DNA of 64,000 bases from Octopus vulgaris (Eukaryota): contig OX597814.1 in NCBI GenBank assembly GCA_951406725.2, positions 198,028,001 through 198,092,000 of the forward strand. Direction: 5' to 3'. Position 1 is the stretch's first letter. Every line of letters starts with the position of its first letter. Below the pieces are notes generated by a model. The model ran no database searches, was not told the origin of the DNA, and worked only from the letters and a program-made list of their open reading frames with translations. Below are positions 12,434 through 25,600 of this stretch, one piece after another. A program made the position numbers and the translations under genes.

Positions 12434-14049
12434 TATATATATATATATATAGTCTATGGAGCTGTGCAAGAAAGATATAGAATTATTTTACTAAAGTGAC
12501 TTGTGTGCATTCAGGGAAGACACTGCAGTAATGTGCATTGTATTTTCATCATGTCTTTCTTGAATATTTAAATACCTTGAAAGAAATAGTCCCTACTAAA
12601 AGGAAAATCCACACAGATCATATGCACAGGTATGGCTGTGTGGTAAAGAAGCCTAGTTTGGGGTTGTCTCATTGTGCAGCATCTTGGCTAAGTGTCTTTG
12701 ATTATAGATTTAACCAATGCTGTGAATGAATTTGGTAGACAGACATTGTATAGAAGCCTGTTTGTGTTCTTTCCCATCACTTGACAATCAATGCTGGTTT
12801 TTTTATGTCCCCATAACTTAATAGTTTCAGCACTAGAAACTACTAGAATAAAGTACCAGACTTACAGACAACCCAAACAACAAAAGAGCAGTTAATTTTT
12901 ATATGTATTTCACATAGAATGTGGTTTGTTAGAATTCAGTCTCAAAGTATTTTCCCACCTATCAACATCAGTGACTTCCATGGAAACCTTCCCCTCCCTG
13001 ATGTCTGGAAGATAAATACAACTTAAGGATAAGGCCCAATAATTTTGGTTTAAAAATAACACTTCTGTACAGCCCAAACATAATTTGAAGATGTTAACTC
13101 TGAAATCTTATGTACAATTATATACAAAAGAGTAAATTCTTCCAGTTAAAAGTATTATGGCATGATCCTAGTAGAAAAACTGTCATGAAATTGGCATAAA
13201 ATGTTGATTGAAAAGAGACCCTTGAAATTAGTAATTGTTAGTATATACATTTGATTTCTAATTCCTCAATAACAAGACTAGTAACAATAGACTTAACATA
13301 GACAAAATTTTTTGATTTTAAAAACAAAAAAGATTTCTTTGTGACTAGTGTTAAATGAATCAGTACAAAGTTGTCAAAGACCAGAGTGAGAAACAACAAA
13401 TGTTAGATCCAAAAGACAAAAAAGACCCACGGATCCAAAATATAGTCAAATGAAAACTAATTTAATGAAAGCCTTATAGTTTGACAAATCAGGATATGAC
13501 ATACATACTTTCCCAAAAGGTGAAATAAGTGTGGAATCTAAATGAAATGTACGAAAACACTGCTGAAACTAAGTTGTAATTAACAGTTGTGTTTTCTTAA
13601 GACAATTAACAAAGTAAAAGAATAAGTTCCAGAAGGCAAATAGCATAATAGTGCCTGCCCAAAGATGTATAAAGCCTTCAGCAAGTAATAGAGTTACAAG
13701 TGCAAAAGAATCACCCCATAGCCAAGATTTTGGGAAATAAGATCGGCCACTACACTAGTCGATAAAATAGTTTTATGTTAGGTCTGTAATCACTATTGAC
13801 TAATAATAACTGCAGAGCCATTTGTTCAGTAACACTACCAGTAGCAATGGGTTTTTTTTTTCTTTTGTTTGGAGCGTTCTGCACTGAAAAGAATCCTTTG
13901 AAGAAGAGATGGCATTCATACTTCTCCCAAGACAAGCAATAACAAATCTTGAATAATTCTAAGAAATAACTAAAACAATATTAGAAATTTCTAATTTTGG
14001 TGATCAGTGAATAAACTTCACTGAAAATATATATATGTTTACAACTAAT

Positions 14050-14266
14050 CGTGGCCGATGCCAGACCCCTCTGGCACCTGTGCAGGTGACACGTAAAAAG
14101 CACCCACTACACTCGCGGAGTGGTTGGCGTTAGAAAGGGCATCCAGCTGTAGAAACACTGCCAGATCAGACTGGAGCCTGGGGCAGCCCCTGGCTCCCCA
14201 GACCCCGGTCGAACCGTCCAACCCGTGCTAGCGCGGAAAACGGACGTTAAACGATGATGATGATGA
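14050..14266 (+). mobile_element. RTE-related short retroposon with (GAT)n tail (also 6533-6790, 26905-27135, 45515-45730, 54551-54695, 55620-55850, 57698-57860)
   Basis: Shared ggttggcgttagaaagggcatccagctgtagaaac and ggacgttaaacgatgatgat. Confidence 0.8.
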
Positions 14267-16538
14267 AAGCCTAGACAGGTATCTTCAGCTAGCAGGCCAT
14301 GCTACTCCAGACTGATGACGAGCAAGACTCAGAAACATGCCATGTCTCTGGATGCAGGCCTAGCTATTGGGGATGCTTGTCTCCCCTTTGTAAACATAAG
14401 GACACAGGAAATGTGTCAAGGCCGACAGGAAGCGTTGATGCTGCCTAGGGCTAAATAGCAGTGGTGTGATTCCCTCTATGGGACTGTCACGTTAAGTTGA
14501 CAGTATACAACCGCACTAAAACAATAATAATTTGAAAAAGGAAAGTAAATAGGAAAACTTGACAAATCTTTCTAGTCATGCCACTGTAAGAAGATAAATG
14601 GTAATGTTGTTATAAACATGCAGACAGTGAGATACTGTAAGAATGCTTCTACTTGGCAGTCAACTGTGCTGGTCTGACCGAAATTACTTTCCCTTTTATA
14701 AAGTTGTTCATAGATATATGCTGACAATTTTAACCAAGCTACCAATAAAAGCATCTATTTCTGACAAAATCAGAATCATTTAGAAAAAACTTCTTGTGTA
14801 TACTTATCAAGATGTGTTTGATAGAAAATGAACACCACAATGATTGACAGCTTGGAGGCATTGTAGACAAATCACATTAAATACATAGATTGTGTTTAAA
14901 AAAATCTGAGGTGAATAAAACTAATTTAGAATATAAAAATTGTGTTGTTTAACATGACATTGCAATAAAAATAAATTTTCTTAATGTCTCTCTCTCTTTA
15001 CATTAAAGAGAGTCAAGTTACAGTGTATTCAGAAGTTCTTAGTGTATGCAAAAAAATTTGCTTGAATTTTCAAAATCAGTTAACCAAAGATGAGAGACCA
15101 GAAGAGATGATGATAATGATAATGATGATGATAATGATAAAAATAAAGAAAACAAAAAACCAGCACACAAAATTTTTTAAATATGTTGCTTAGGATAACA
15201 CTTTTTTTTTTTTTTTCAAAAAAATAAAATTGTTCAAGTTAGGTTAAAATTGGTTACCGATGCTTTGTAAATTAAGATCAAAATATTTAAAATACTTTCA
15301 GCAAATACTTTAAAACTACTTCTTTTATTAGCATATTTGAACTAATCCTACCTTCATTTAGAATATGAAAATATAGTGAAAGATAACTGCAAGGAAAATA
15401 TAGCAAAATATTTTTCTTAAATTTATTTTTTTAATTTTTTTTTTGTTATGAGAGCTATGATTGTAAAACAAAAAAAAATAGAATGATGTGAAGTTAGTTC
15501 CTTTTCAGTTTTAAATTCAACAATACATCAAATAACCAACATGTTTGATAGCAACCTTTAAAATCTTATAAAATACTTGGATCAAACATTAAAGGAATTC
15601 TTTCCCAACAAAAATATCAATAGATACAAAAAAAAAAAAGGGAACAATATTTTTAATATAATTATTGCTTGATATTCCATTAGGTAATTCCTCTTAATGT
15701 TTGGCACCAATTGGAATGTCATGGAACATAAAACCAGTATGGTCAGTTTAGAAAATAAAATTTAAATGATGATTAGTATTAAGGAATATTTTATTAAATG
15801 GTTTTACTTCAATCATTCCACTTTTAAGAAAAATACTTCAAGCTGACATACACACACACTGGATCTAATAAAAAGAAAAAAAATAGGGGTAATTAAATTT
15901 TGTTTTTAAAAATTAAAGCATTCAAAGTTCATAAATAATTAAAACATGGAAATAATTCTCTTTTATTAATTATTAAGTAGATCGAATGCAAATGACAGTA
16001 ATAGCTCGCAATATACTGGGCAAATACAGGTGGTTGTTTTACATGGTATATTACGAGATATTTAGCTTTAGCTACACATGCACTGAACATCATAAAAGAG
16101 ACATATTTTCATATTTCCCTGATGCTTTGTAAATTAAGATCAAAATAATTAAAATACTTTCAACAAATACTTTAAAACTACATCTTTTCATGGCTAAATT
16201 AATCAATCAAAGGAACAGTTTTTGAAGTACTTTAATAAGAGACATTAATTCAGTCTTTGATGTAATTCCAAGGAGTCTCATTTGACAAATGGCCATGGTC
16301 ATATGAGGAACCCAAAGACAGCTCACAGCAATCTGTAAAATACTTCCAATATTAACAAAGAGGTCATGTTAATAAAGATGCTATAATAATAAAGCCACTG
16401 TTTTTCTTGTGTACGAGAACAAGAAAAAGTGTACTTTCTTAGGATTGAGGGATTCTTTATACTACATTAATATCATTTAGGTTGGTTGTTCCCAGGGAAA
16501 AGTTGCATCATCCAATCCAAACATCACAGCAAAACAAA

Positions 16539-16622
16539 TATACATACACACATTCCATATATATATACACACACACACACACACTCCATATATATATACA
16601 TACACACACACACACACATTCC

Positions 16623-16657
<35 letters not shown>

Positions 16658-16701
16658 TTTATCTATCTATATATATATATATGCACACACACATTTATCT
16701 A

Positions 16702-16739
<38 letters not shown>

Positions 16740-16781
16740 TTTATCTCTCTATATATATACACATACACACACATTTATCTC

Positions 16782-16835
<54 letters not shown>

Positions 16836-16862
16836 ACACACACACACACACACACATTTATC

Positions 16863-16900
<38 letters not shown>

Positions 16901-16908
16901 TTTATCTA

Positions 16909-16963
<55 letters not shown>
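16539..16963. repeat. Compound (TA)n/(CA)n/(GA)n microsatellite
   Basis: Directly visible. Confidence 0.95.
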
Positions 16964-19900
16964 TTACAATACATATGTACATACATATCAAATTGAGAAA
17001 TTCCATGTAACATCATTCCACAGCATTTTATATTAGGAGTGTCTTCTCTACTTGAAGACTCAGGAAGAAACTCAGCAAAATGTACATTACATTGAATGTC
17101 TTAAACTGATATATACATAAATAAATATAAACCCACGTACACTTTTTTTTGTTTTACCATTTAAAGCTACTACATGCAGGTTAATGTTAATGTATGCAAT
17201 CATAAGCATGTGTGTGTGTGTTAGTGTTATAATTTAAATAAACGACCGATCTACAAACATAAGAACCTACAAGACTGAAATAATTCCAAATCCAACATAA
17301 ACCATCCACCTATACTTGCTCAAAGCTGACAAAGTCTTTCAGCAATTTACAGTATGATTAGAAAGGACATTATTAAGTACAGAAAAATACACAAGATGTT
17401 CAAAATTTGGTACTTTGGCTAACATACACTGTGTTTAGAGAGTTGGAGTAATCCTCAATTCAATAGCTAGAATGTAACATGACTGGACCTATTCGATGAA
17501 ATACAGCATGCCATCGATATAATACAATTCAAACTACAATCAAAATATTTAGAACTTAACTTGCAACATTGATAGAAATAAATTGTGCAAAGAAAACTCA
17601 ACAAATAGAAAAATGTTTACAGAATTCCTCAGAGCTACAAAAATGTTCAAGATACACAAACCTCAGGAATACATCAATTCTACGACAGAAATAAATGATT
17701 GAGTAAAATAAAATATAGAGAATTCTTATCACAAAACATAAATGGATCAAGATTGAAACAATTAAAGGATAGACCAAGGTAGATAACTCTGTACAACCTA
17801 ATCACAATAGCAACTTTTCTCCTTTCCCTACACAAGAAAACTTAGTTCTCAAGCCAGGATAAAAATTAACGCAACAAATAGAATGAGAACAGGTAAATTT
17901 GTGAAAATTTCCCTACAATCACTGTCTACTAAATATTACCATATTTAATATTGAAGATATTGATTCAGAATATAGCAAGTATTTATTGAAAACAATGGCA
18001 CAACAGGAAATAATCCACCTAATGTATTAAACCACCTACACAAGATTTAAAATGGAAGCTATTAATGAAATTAGTTCAAACCACATATTAAACTATCTAA
18101 ACTTATTAAGAAGACAAATCAAAATATAAAAGGCGAAATATATATTTTACAAACATAAGAGTCCAATAATAACTTGAGAAGAAATATACCCTGCAGTTTC
18201 AAATATTTCAATAGATTAATTCAATTATATCATAACTTTATTAAGAAAACTAAATTTTATAAAAAAGAAAAATATGTGAAGACAAATTTAAAGGCTTTTA
18301 GATGCTAAATTAAAAGGTGCTTTTTAGTGTCAATATTAAATTAGCCCAATATCTAAGACACAAGGACTGTTTAACTACTCTAATGTGAATATCACATTTA
18401 ACGATAATTTAAAAAGCGAAAAAGAATATACAAATAACAACATGGAAAATAGAAGTAACTTATGAAAACTAAATGCATTGAACTATGACAGGCTGAAACA
18501 TTGAAATTACAAATTAAAATTAAAAAGGGAGAAAAAGAAAAGAATTTCCTAAGCAACACTTACTTTAGTACAGCCACTTGTTATACTGGCTCCAAGATCA
18601 GTTCGGTCCAAATCGCCAACAAAGTGTCAGGGAATTGACAGTGACTGTGTGTACACAAAGCCAATCTTTTGACCAATAGCACTAATTAGTTGCTAGCAGT
18701 CACAGCAAGTGTCATTTGGTTTTGCTTTCTCCTTTTTTTTTCTTTGCTTTCTTTTGATTTTTTTGATATTTTTTTTTCTCTTTTAACATAAAAATAACTG
18801 TTGAATTCTAGAGTTTAAGCTTGTGGGTATATAGTATTCAATATGAAATATCATAGAAAAACCAACTCAAATTTAGTACAAGTATATATGAAAGATCACA
18901 GAACATGGAATTGCCTATATTTCACTAATACTGACCAACTAAGTTGCAGAAATAATTTCAGCATAAATAGCCTTAATTAATAAATGGTAGTTAACGCCTT
19001 ACAATCAAAACTACTGTTAGTAAACGAATGACAGTAAAAATAACAAAAGTCTACCTTAGCAAATTGAAAAAAGATGTTTGTGTGTCCATGTATGTTACAT
19101 AGAAAGACAAAAGATATCTGGTGTACTCAATAAACATTTAAAATTCACAATTCTATGAACATCAAATTTTATTGCTAGAAACATCATAATCATTTTCAGC
19201 AACCATTTTTTTTCATTCACACATTCTCAAAACTCCAAATTCATTTCCTTTTGTATCTCACTCTCTCTCTTTATTGTATCTCATCTCTCAGATATGGGGG
19301 GATGGGGTTAATATTTAATCTTACATTACAAAGAAATATCTCCATGTGGCTTTCATCAGAGGTTCATTTGGTGTGTGGCAAGATATTTGAAACAAGTTTA
19401 TTCATGTTTATTCATTTTCAACAGTTCACTCACCAAACTGAGCTGCGAGTAGCTCTTGTTTTACCAGCGGTTCTCAACCGGAATCCATAAGATTTTGTTG
19501 TTAAAAGTTATGGGCAATAAATTGCTTATATTTCATCAATACACAAAATATTTTAATGTTTTTTTTATACAACTCCAAATATTTAATTACAAAAATTTAT
19601 TTACATACACAGTGAATGGCTATGAATGTCCAGCAGAATAAAATAGGAATCAAAGCGGTCTGTAGCCAAAAAATTGTTGAGTACCACTGCATTGTACATT
19701 GAAAGTAGACTTAATAACATTTTAAATTCCAGCATGTGCTAGACCCCTTTTTTTTTTTTTTTTGCTTCATTTGTTTTGTTTTTTTGTGTAGATGTGGATG
19801 GGTTGGCTATTTTCCCATTTTTGCACTGCCAGAATTTCAGTTTAATGTTTTCCGGATTTTAATTTACACATAAATAAAAATGTTTCTTCAAAAATACATT

Positions 19901-21095
19901 GCCACTGTTTTCTAATCAATCAAGTCAAACAGACATATTTCTGAAAGCAAACAACTTATTGAACACACCACATATCTATATAGGCATCTCTATAAACATA
20001 CATATATGCACAAACAATAATAATAATATTCAATAAAAGTTTCCAAAAAATATAAATGGTCTGAGTCTTCTAATGATAATCAATAATCGAGTCTTACTCC
20101 AAGGGATCAAAGTTACAAATTTTGATTTAAGCAAATTCTGTTGATAAAGGAAAATCTGTCCGCAACACCAAGCTGTATTGCTACTACAAACAACTGCTCT
20201 TTTGTCAGTTGGAAAATATACAAATATTAATAAAACCAAGAAGCTTAATCCCTGAATTCAACAGAAAATGAGCAGCAGAGCAGAAGAAATAAGATCAACT
20301 GCAAGCAGTATCCAGAAACAACCAAGTCAGTCCTGTTCAATTGAAACTTCTTTATTTTGTACTAGAAGGTACAAGTACTTATACAAGTTTTCCAAAGAGA
20401 ATTCTTCTTGCAACGACATAGTATGTTAGTATGTCAGTCATACAATATAAAACATGCTACAGTCTAGCAGGTTTTAGTTAAAAAAAAATTTTAAAAACTA
20501 ACACATACATTTTCATTTTTTTTTTTATGAACATTTTAATGGAAACAAAAAAAAAATTTTTTTTTTTGAATGGTAGAAATAAAAAATAAAATGAAAAATA
20601 TAAGCACCACTACAACTGATTTACTATGAAAAGAATAAAGAAAGGCAAGGATATACATCCATGTGTCCAGAAAGTGGCAGCTGCTTAACAATTACAAATT
20701 GTAGTTAAACAGATACCACCAAGAAATATTCAATGGAAAAGGGTTTTTTTATATTTTAAAGGTTAAAGAAATTTTGGATTTGCCACCATTTCTGACTCCC
20801 TTACATCAGTCTCTTTTTTTTATTTATTTATCTCATTTACATATGTGTGTGTGTTTGTGATTGGTCCCAAAAACCTCAACTGAAGAAGACTACAAATATT
20901 TACTGGTCATACAAGAATGTTATGCTAAGAAAATGTAATACATTTTTCTCATCATTCTTTTCAGTTAATCAGATATCTTTAAAATGCTCAAATATCAATT
21001 TAAGAGTGACAATTCTTTTGATTTAAAAACGTATTTCATCAGGTGGAATACGCATTAAAAAGGAAACACAATGAAGAAACTACATATGATATATA

Positions 21096-22386
21096 TGAGG
21101 GGCGTTCAATAAGTAATGCCCCTGACCCACTTCCCATAGCAGTAGAGCAACGAAACTTGGTACAGTTATTAGTCTTTTTCTACATAGGAACCACCTAGAG
21201 TTACGCATTTCTCCCATCGTTTGGATGCAGCTCTGGAGACCGTTTTTGTAGAAGACCCCAGTTTGGTCCTCCAACCACGACGTGACTTCAGAAATCAAGG
21301 CTGCATCATATGGGAAACGCTTTCCTTTCAAAAACAACTTCATGGCTGGGAAGAGGTGAAAATCAGAGGGTGCAAGGTCCGGAGAGTAGGGGGTGGGGGA
21401 GGAGTTCATAGCCACACGCCTGTGCTTCTGATCTGGTGACACGCGAGTTGTGGACCGGAGCGTTGTCCTGCAGGAGGAGGATGCCTTTGCTGGTCTTGCC
21501 CTGCCTCTTGATTTTGCTAGCTTCTCTTAATTTCCTCAAAAGTGAAACATAATAGGCTCCTGTAATTGTGGCACCCTTTGCCAGGAAATCTGTCATCACT
21601 ACTCCGTCCTGGTCCCAGAAAACTGAGCATGACCTTGCCAGCGGAGGGCTGCACCCTTGCCTTCTTTGGAGGAGGTGAGTCACGGTGCTTCCACTGCATT
21701 GACTGGGCTTTGGTCTCTGGATCATAGTGATGGACCCAGATTTCATCCTGTGTAATCAGTCATCTGAGAAATTTTTGACTCATCTTCTTGGCACATCTCC
21801 AAATTCATCCTCGAGCACTCGACGCGTTCTTGCTTCTGGAAAGGTGTGAGCAACCTGGGAATCCATCTGGCAGACACCTTTTGCATATGCAAATGGTCAT
21901 GAATGATAGTTTCCACAGACCCGGTACTAATCTCGACCTCATGGGCTATTTGGCGAATAGTTATGCGTCGATCTTCCAAAATGGCAGCCTCAACTTGACG
22001 GACAGATGCCTCGTCAATGGCAGAAGGGGGGCGACCAGATCTGGGAGCTGTTTCCACAGAGTTCCGACCATGTTTAAATTCACGATGCCAGCGTTTTACA
22101 AGGTCATATGATGGAGCATCATCACCATAAGTTACTTTCATTTCATCAAAAGTCTCCCGTGGTGTGCGTCCTTTCAAATACAAAAACCGGATCACTGCTC
22201 GACACTCAACTGGCTCCATTTCCCACTTGACTCTGTTCAAACACCTGTAAATCAGAAACCACAATTAGTTCAGAGCTGTAATTTGCCACTTAATCTATAG
22301 AGATATAAATAATTGCACATGCAAAATTTCAGCTAGATCAAACAACTGCAAGTGGGTCAGAAGCATTACTTATTGAACGTCCCTCG
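21096..22386 (-). mobile_element. Full-length mariner (DD34D) DNA transposon, ~1.29 kb, inactive
   Basis: Imperfect TIRs (GAGGGGCGTTCAATAAGTAATGC... / ...GCATTACTTATTGAACGTCCCTCG) flanked by TA; transposase fragments inside. Confidence 0.95.
21169..22219 (-). pseudogene. Frameshifted mariner transposase, irritans-like
   Basis: MEPVECRAVIRFLYLKG (HTH), PRSGRP, WIPRLL, QDE, QDNAPVH, YSPDLAPSDFHLF, ending GSYVEKD*. Split over ORFs 21743..22264, 21517..21699, 21363..21746 and 21080..21442. Confidence 0.92.
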
Positions 22387-22620
22387 TATATCCAATATAC
22401 TGCCAGTAAAGCACCCAGTAAAGTTAATACATAAATGCTAAGAATTGCAATGCAATTAATTCATTTATTGTATTATATGGGCGAAGGTAAAATGTTTTAC
22501 CTCAAATTCATAATACAAAATAAGAAAATGGAGGAATACACTTAAATCAATTTATTTAAGTGTATTCCTCCATTTTCTGTTTTTTGTACATATATATATA
22601 TATATATATATGTATGTGTA

Positions 22621-22659
<39 letters not shown>

Positions 22660-25600
22660 TATGTATGTGTATGAATATATATATATATTGTTATATTTCG
22701 GAATGGTCATATTGCCAGTTTAGCCAATATTTAAACGTATATATATATATATATATACATACATACAAATAATGTAGTTTTTTTTTTTTAAATCTACTTT
22801 TACATACATACACTACTACAAGAATGGTATTTGAAAGTGAACAGTGAAATGGTGGCGTGTTGAAAAATAAAACCTCCACGTGTTAGTGAAATTTGGTAAA
22901 AAAAAAAAAAAAAAAAACTAAACTACATTTGCCCTCATTTTAAAACTTTTTCATAATTCAGGAAAAAGGTTACAAGATAACTAAGAAAAAAAACTTAGTA
23001 CCTTTTCATATTATTAAATAAATAAATAAAAAGTTACTGAAGGCATAAAATTCACCTTCAATATTACATAGAATGGAAGGTTTTGATCATGCAAGCTGAA
23101 CACAGAACTTAACCTCAAACAACAAAGTGATTTTCATGTTATTCTTTTCTATACAAATGCAAAAAAGCTTAAGTTTATTAATGATGTAGCACTGAATAAT
23201 AATGATAAATGAAAAAATATATGTGTTTTTTTACCAGCTAATTGAATAACCCATCCCTGATTTGGCTGTGATAGCATTTTGAAGTTTAGGAGAAAAAAAA
23301 CCCCAAAAAAAAGCACTGGCAAAGAACTATACAGTGTATGACAAAAGTAGTTAAAAATGATATGAAAAGACTGATGATCTAGTGAAAATGATTGAATTTG
23401 AACAATGGATGGTGAGGTGAGGGTAAATATCAACACCCATGTTAACAGAAAATTACAACAAATGAATGAGTGGATAATAATCTACCAAGATGCTTGTAAC
23501 TGTTATTTAGGTTAGTGTGTTCTATCTAGAATAGATATCCAGTTTGTCAGGAGACATGCCTGACACTCACATGAGAGAAAAAAAAAATTCCATATAAATG
23601 GTTGTTCATTATTTGGAACTTTCAAGTTGGGGGATATGAAAAGTGTAAACACTATACAGAGAAACTTTAGGGGGATGTATATTAAAAAAAACAACTTTTA
23701 ACTTAAAATCTCAAGTTCTCTTTTTTTTTCTTTGTTATTTTTTTTTTCAAGAAACAATTTGACAGTTTTGTTCCCAAATCATTGTCTTATTTATATAAAG
23801 GTTTAAAAAAGAAACTAGTTATTTAAAATGCTTTAATATCATTGAAAATAAAATGCTACATAGAACTGACATGTTTTGTGAAAAGGCTCATTTTAAAAAG
23901 AGGATCAAATCACACTAAGTGAATTAATAAAGAAATTTGTTATAAACTGATAGAAGTGTGTTCAACAGTAAATAACGCTGTTTTTTTTTTTCTTCTTTAA
24001 ATGCAGTTTTCATTATAAAATTACAACAGGTCATAAAAGAAGCATGCATACAATGTCAATGAGTAACAATTGAACTCATCTTACATAACAAAAAAAAATA
24101 TCAATACATTTGCTGGGGAAGAGGAGGAATTATAAATTATTTCATCTAATTATTAGTGAACGTTAGACAAAGCAAAGTTATTCTAATTTGGGATGATTAC
24201 TTCTTTAATGAAATTAAAAAGATTTTCAGGAAAAAAAAATTCTTTTCGTTTTGTATAAAAAGACAAAAAGAACAACTAAAATATTGAAATTAAGATTTAA
24301 CAAAATATAGCCAAAAATTTTCCATTGAAAATCATTTTAACATTAATATATGAAAGAAGAACAGATTAACAAAATCAACTCGTTAGAGAGTGGTGTGTTA
24401 TTTACTACAGGCAAATAATTACATTACAATCTTTTTTTTTTATTTTTCAAGTGAACCAAATATAATTAATTTGTTTGTTACTTAAAATGGTTTATTAACA
24501 GGAGTAGAAGTGTTATGTTGCTTCCATTATATAAATATAAACAGTCATTATGTACACACACAGTGTATGTATAAGCACAGCTAGACTAGAAAAGTAAAGT
24601 TCGACAAAGAAGAATTTGTTAAAAATAAAGAAAAAAATTACTTTGACACCAATTACCTCCATAAAATACAAAGTAATACTTTTAATGCTATTATTACTAA
24701 AAGTGAATTTATTCTATGTACCACAAGTGATTGTAGATCAATAGTATTGAGTACAATTCAATACAAAGAGAGAAAAGGCACAAGATAAACCCCATTGAAA
24801 TGGAAAAGGGATTTTTATTAACAAGTTAAAATTGAAAATCTTACATTATATATTTTGTTACTGCTCACCATGTAAACATTAAAATTGAAACAGCAACCCA
24901 GAGAGTTATTTAACCATCAGATCAATTAATAGGAATAACTATTTAATCCAGTTAATTTAAGACAAATTAAGCACTAAAATGTTCATAAATTAAATTAGCT
25001 AAGATAATGACTAAAATATGTACTGTGTGTCTTAATGAGAAACAACTTCAAATTTTTTTAAATTATAAAACTAGTAATTTTAATGGCATTTTAACAGCTG
25101 GTTAATTAATTTAGGAGTGATACTATTTAAAAATCTCAATATTTGGCTTTCTTCCCCACCACCCACCCAATTTGTTTATTCTTTTGAAAATTAAAATGAT
25201 AAATATATAAACACAGCATCTAATTTGAAGTGACTGTATTTACATCTTAGACTTCCGTAAAATATACTTGGTTGTCAATAAGACAATCTCCCATGATTGT
25301 TTATTACTCGTACTTTCCAGCTTTCAAGATTTACTGGTTAAATAACTGGGTTACTTTACCAGTGTTCTCTATGTGATATGTGATGTGTGTGTATACAGGT
25401 ATAGGTGTGTAGCCAAATGGTTAGTATCAACCTCAACATCATAAAGATGACAGTTCAATTACTGGACCAGGCGGCGTATTATGTCCTTGAGCAAGGCACT
25501 TCATTTCACACTGCTCCAGTTTAATCAGCTGAAAGTATCAGCCAAATACTGGTGCAACCCTCTCTCCCCCCGCCCAGTTGTCACATCCTCGATGTTCTGC

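Noticed and set aside
16482-16949. Long YI/HT/CV-rich ORFs (also 41806-42444 and 22560-22772)
   Set aside because: Translations of dinucleotide microsatellites.
17220-18500. A-rich stretch possibly a decayed Penelope-like or LINE element
   Set aside because: Only a faint FKME..NYLNL resemblance; too degraded to call.
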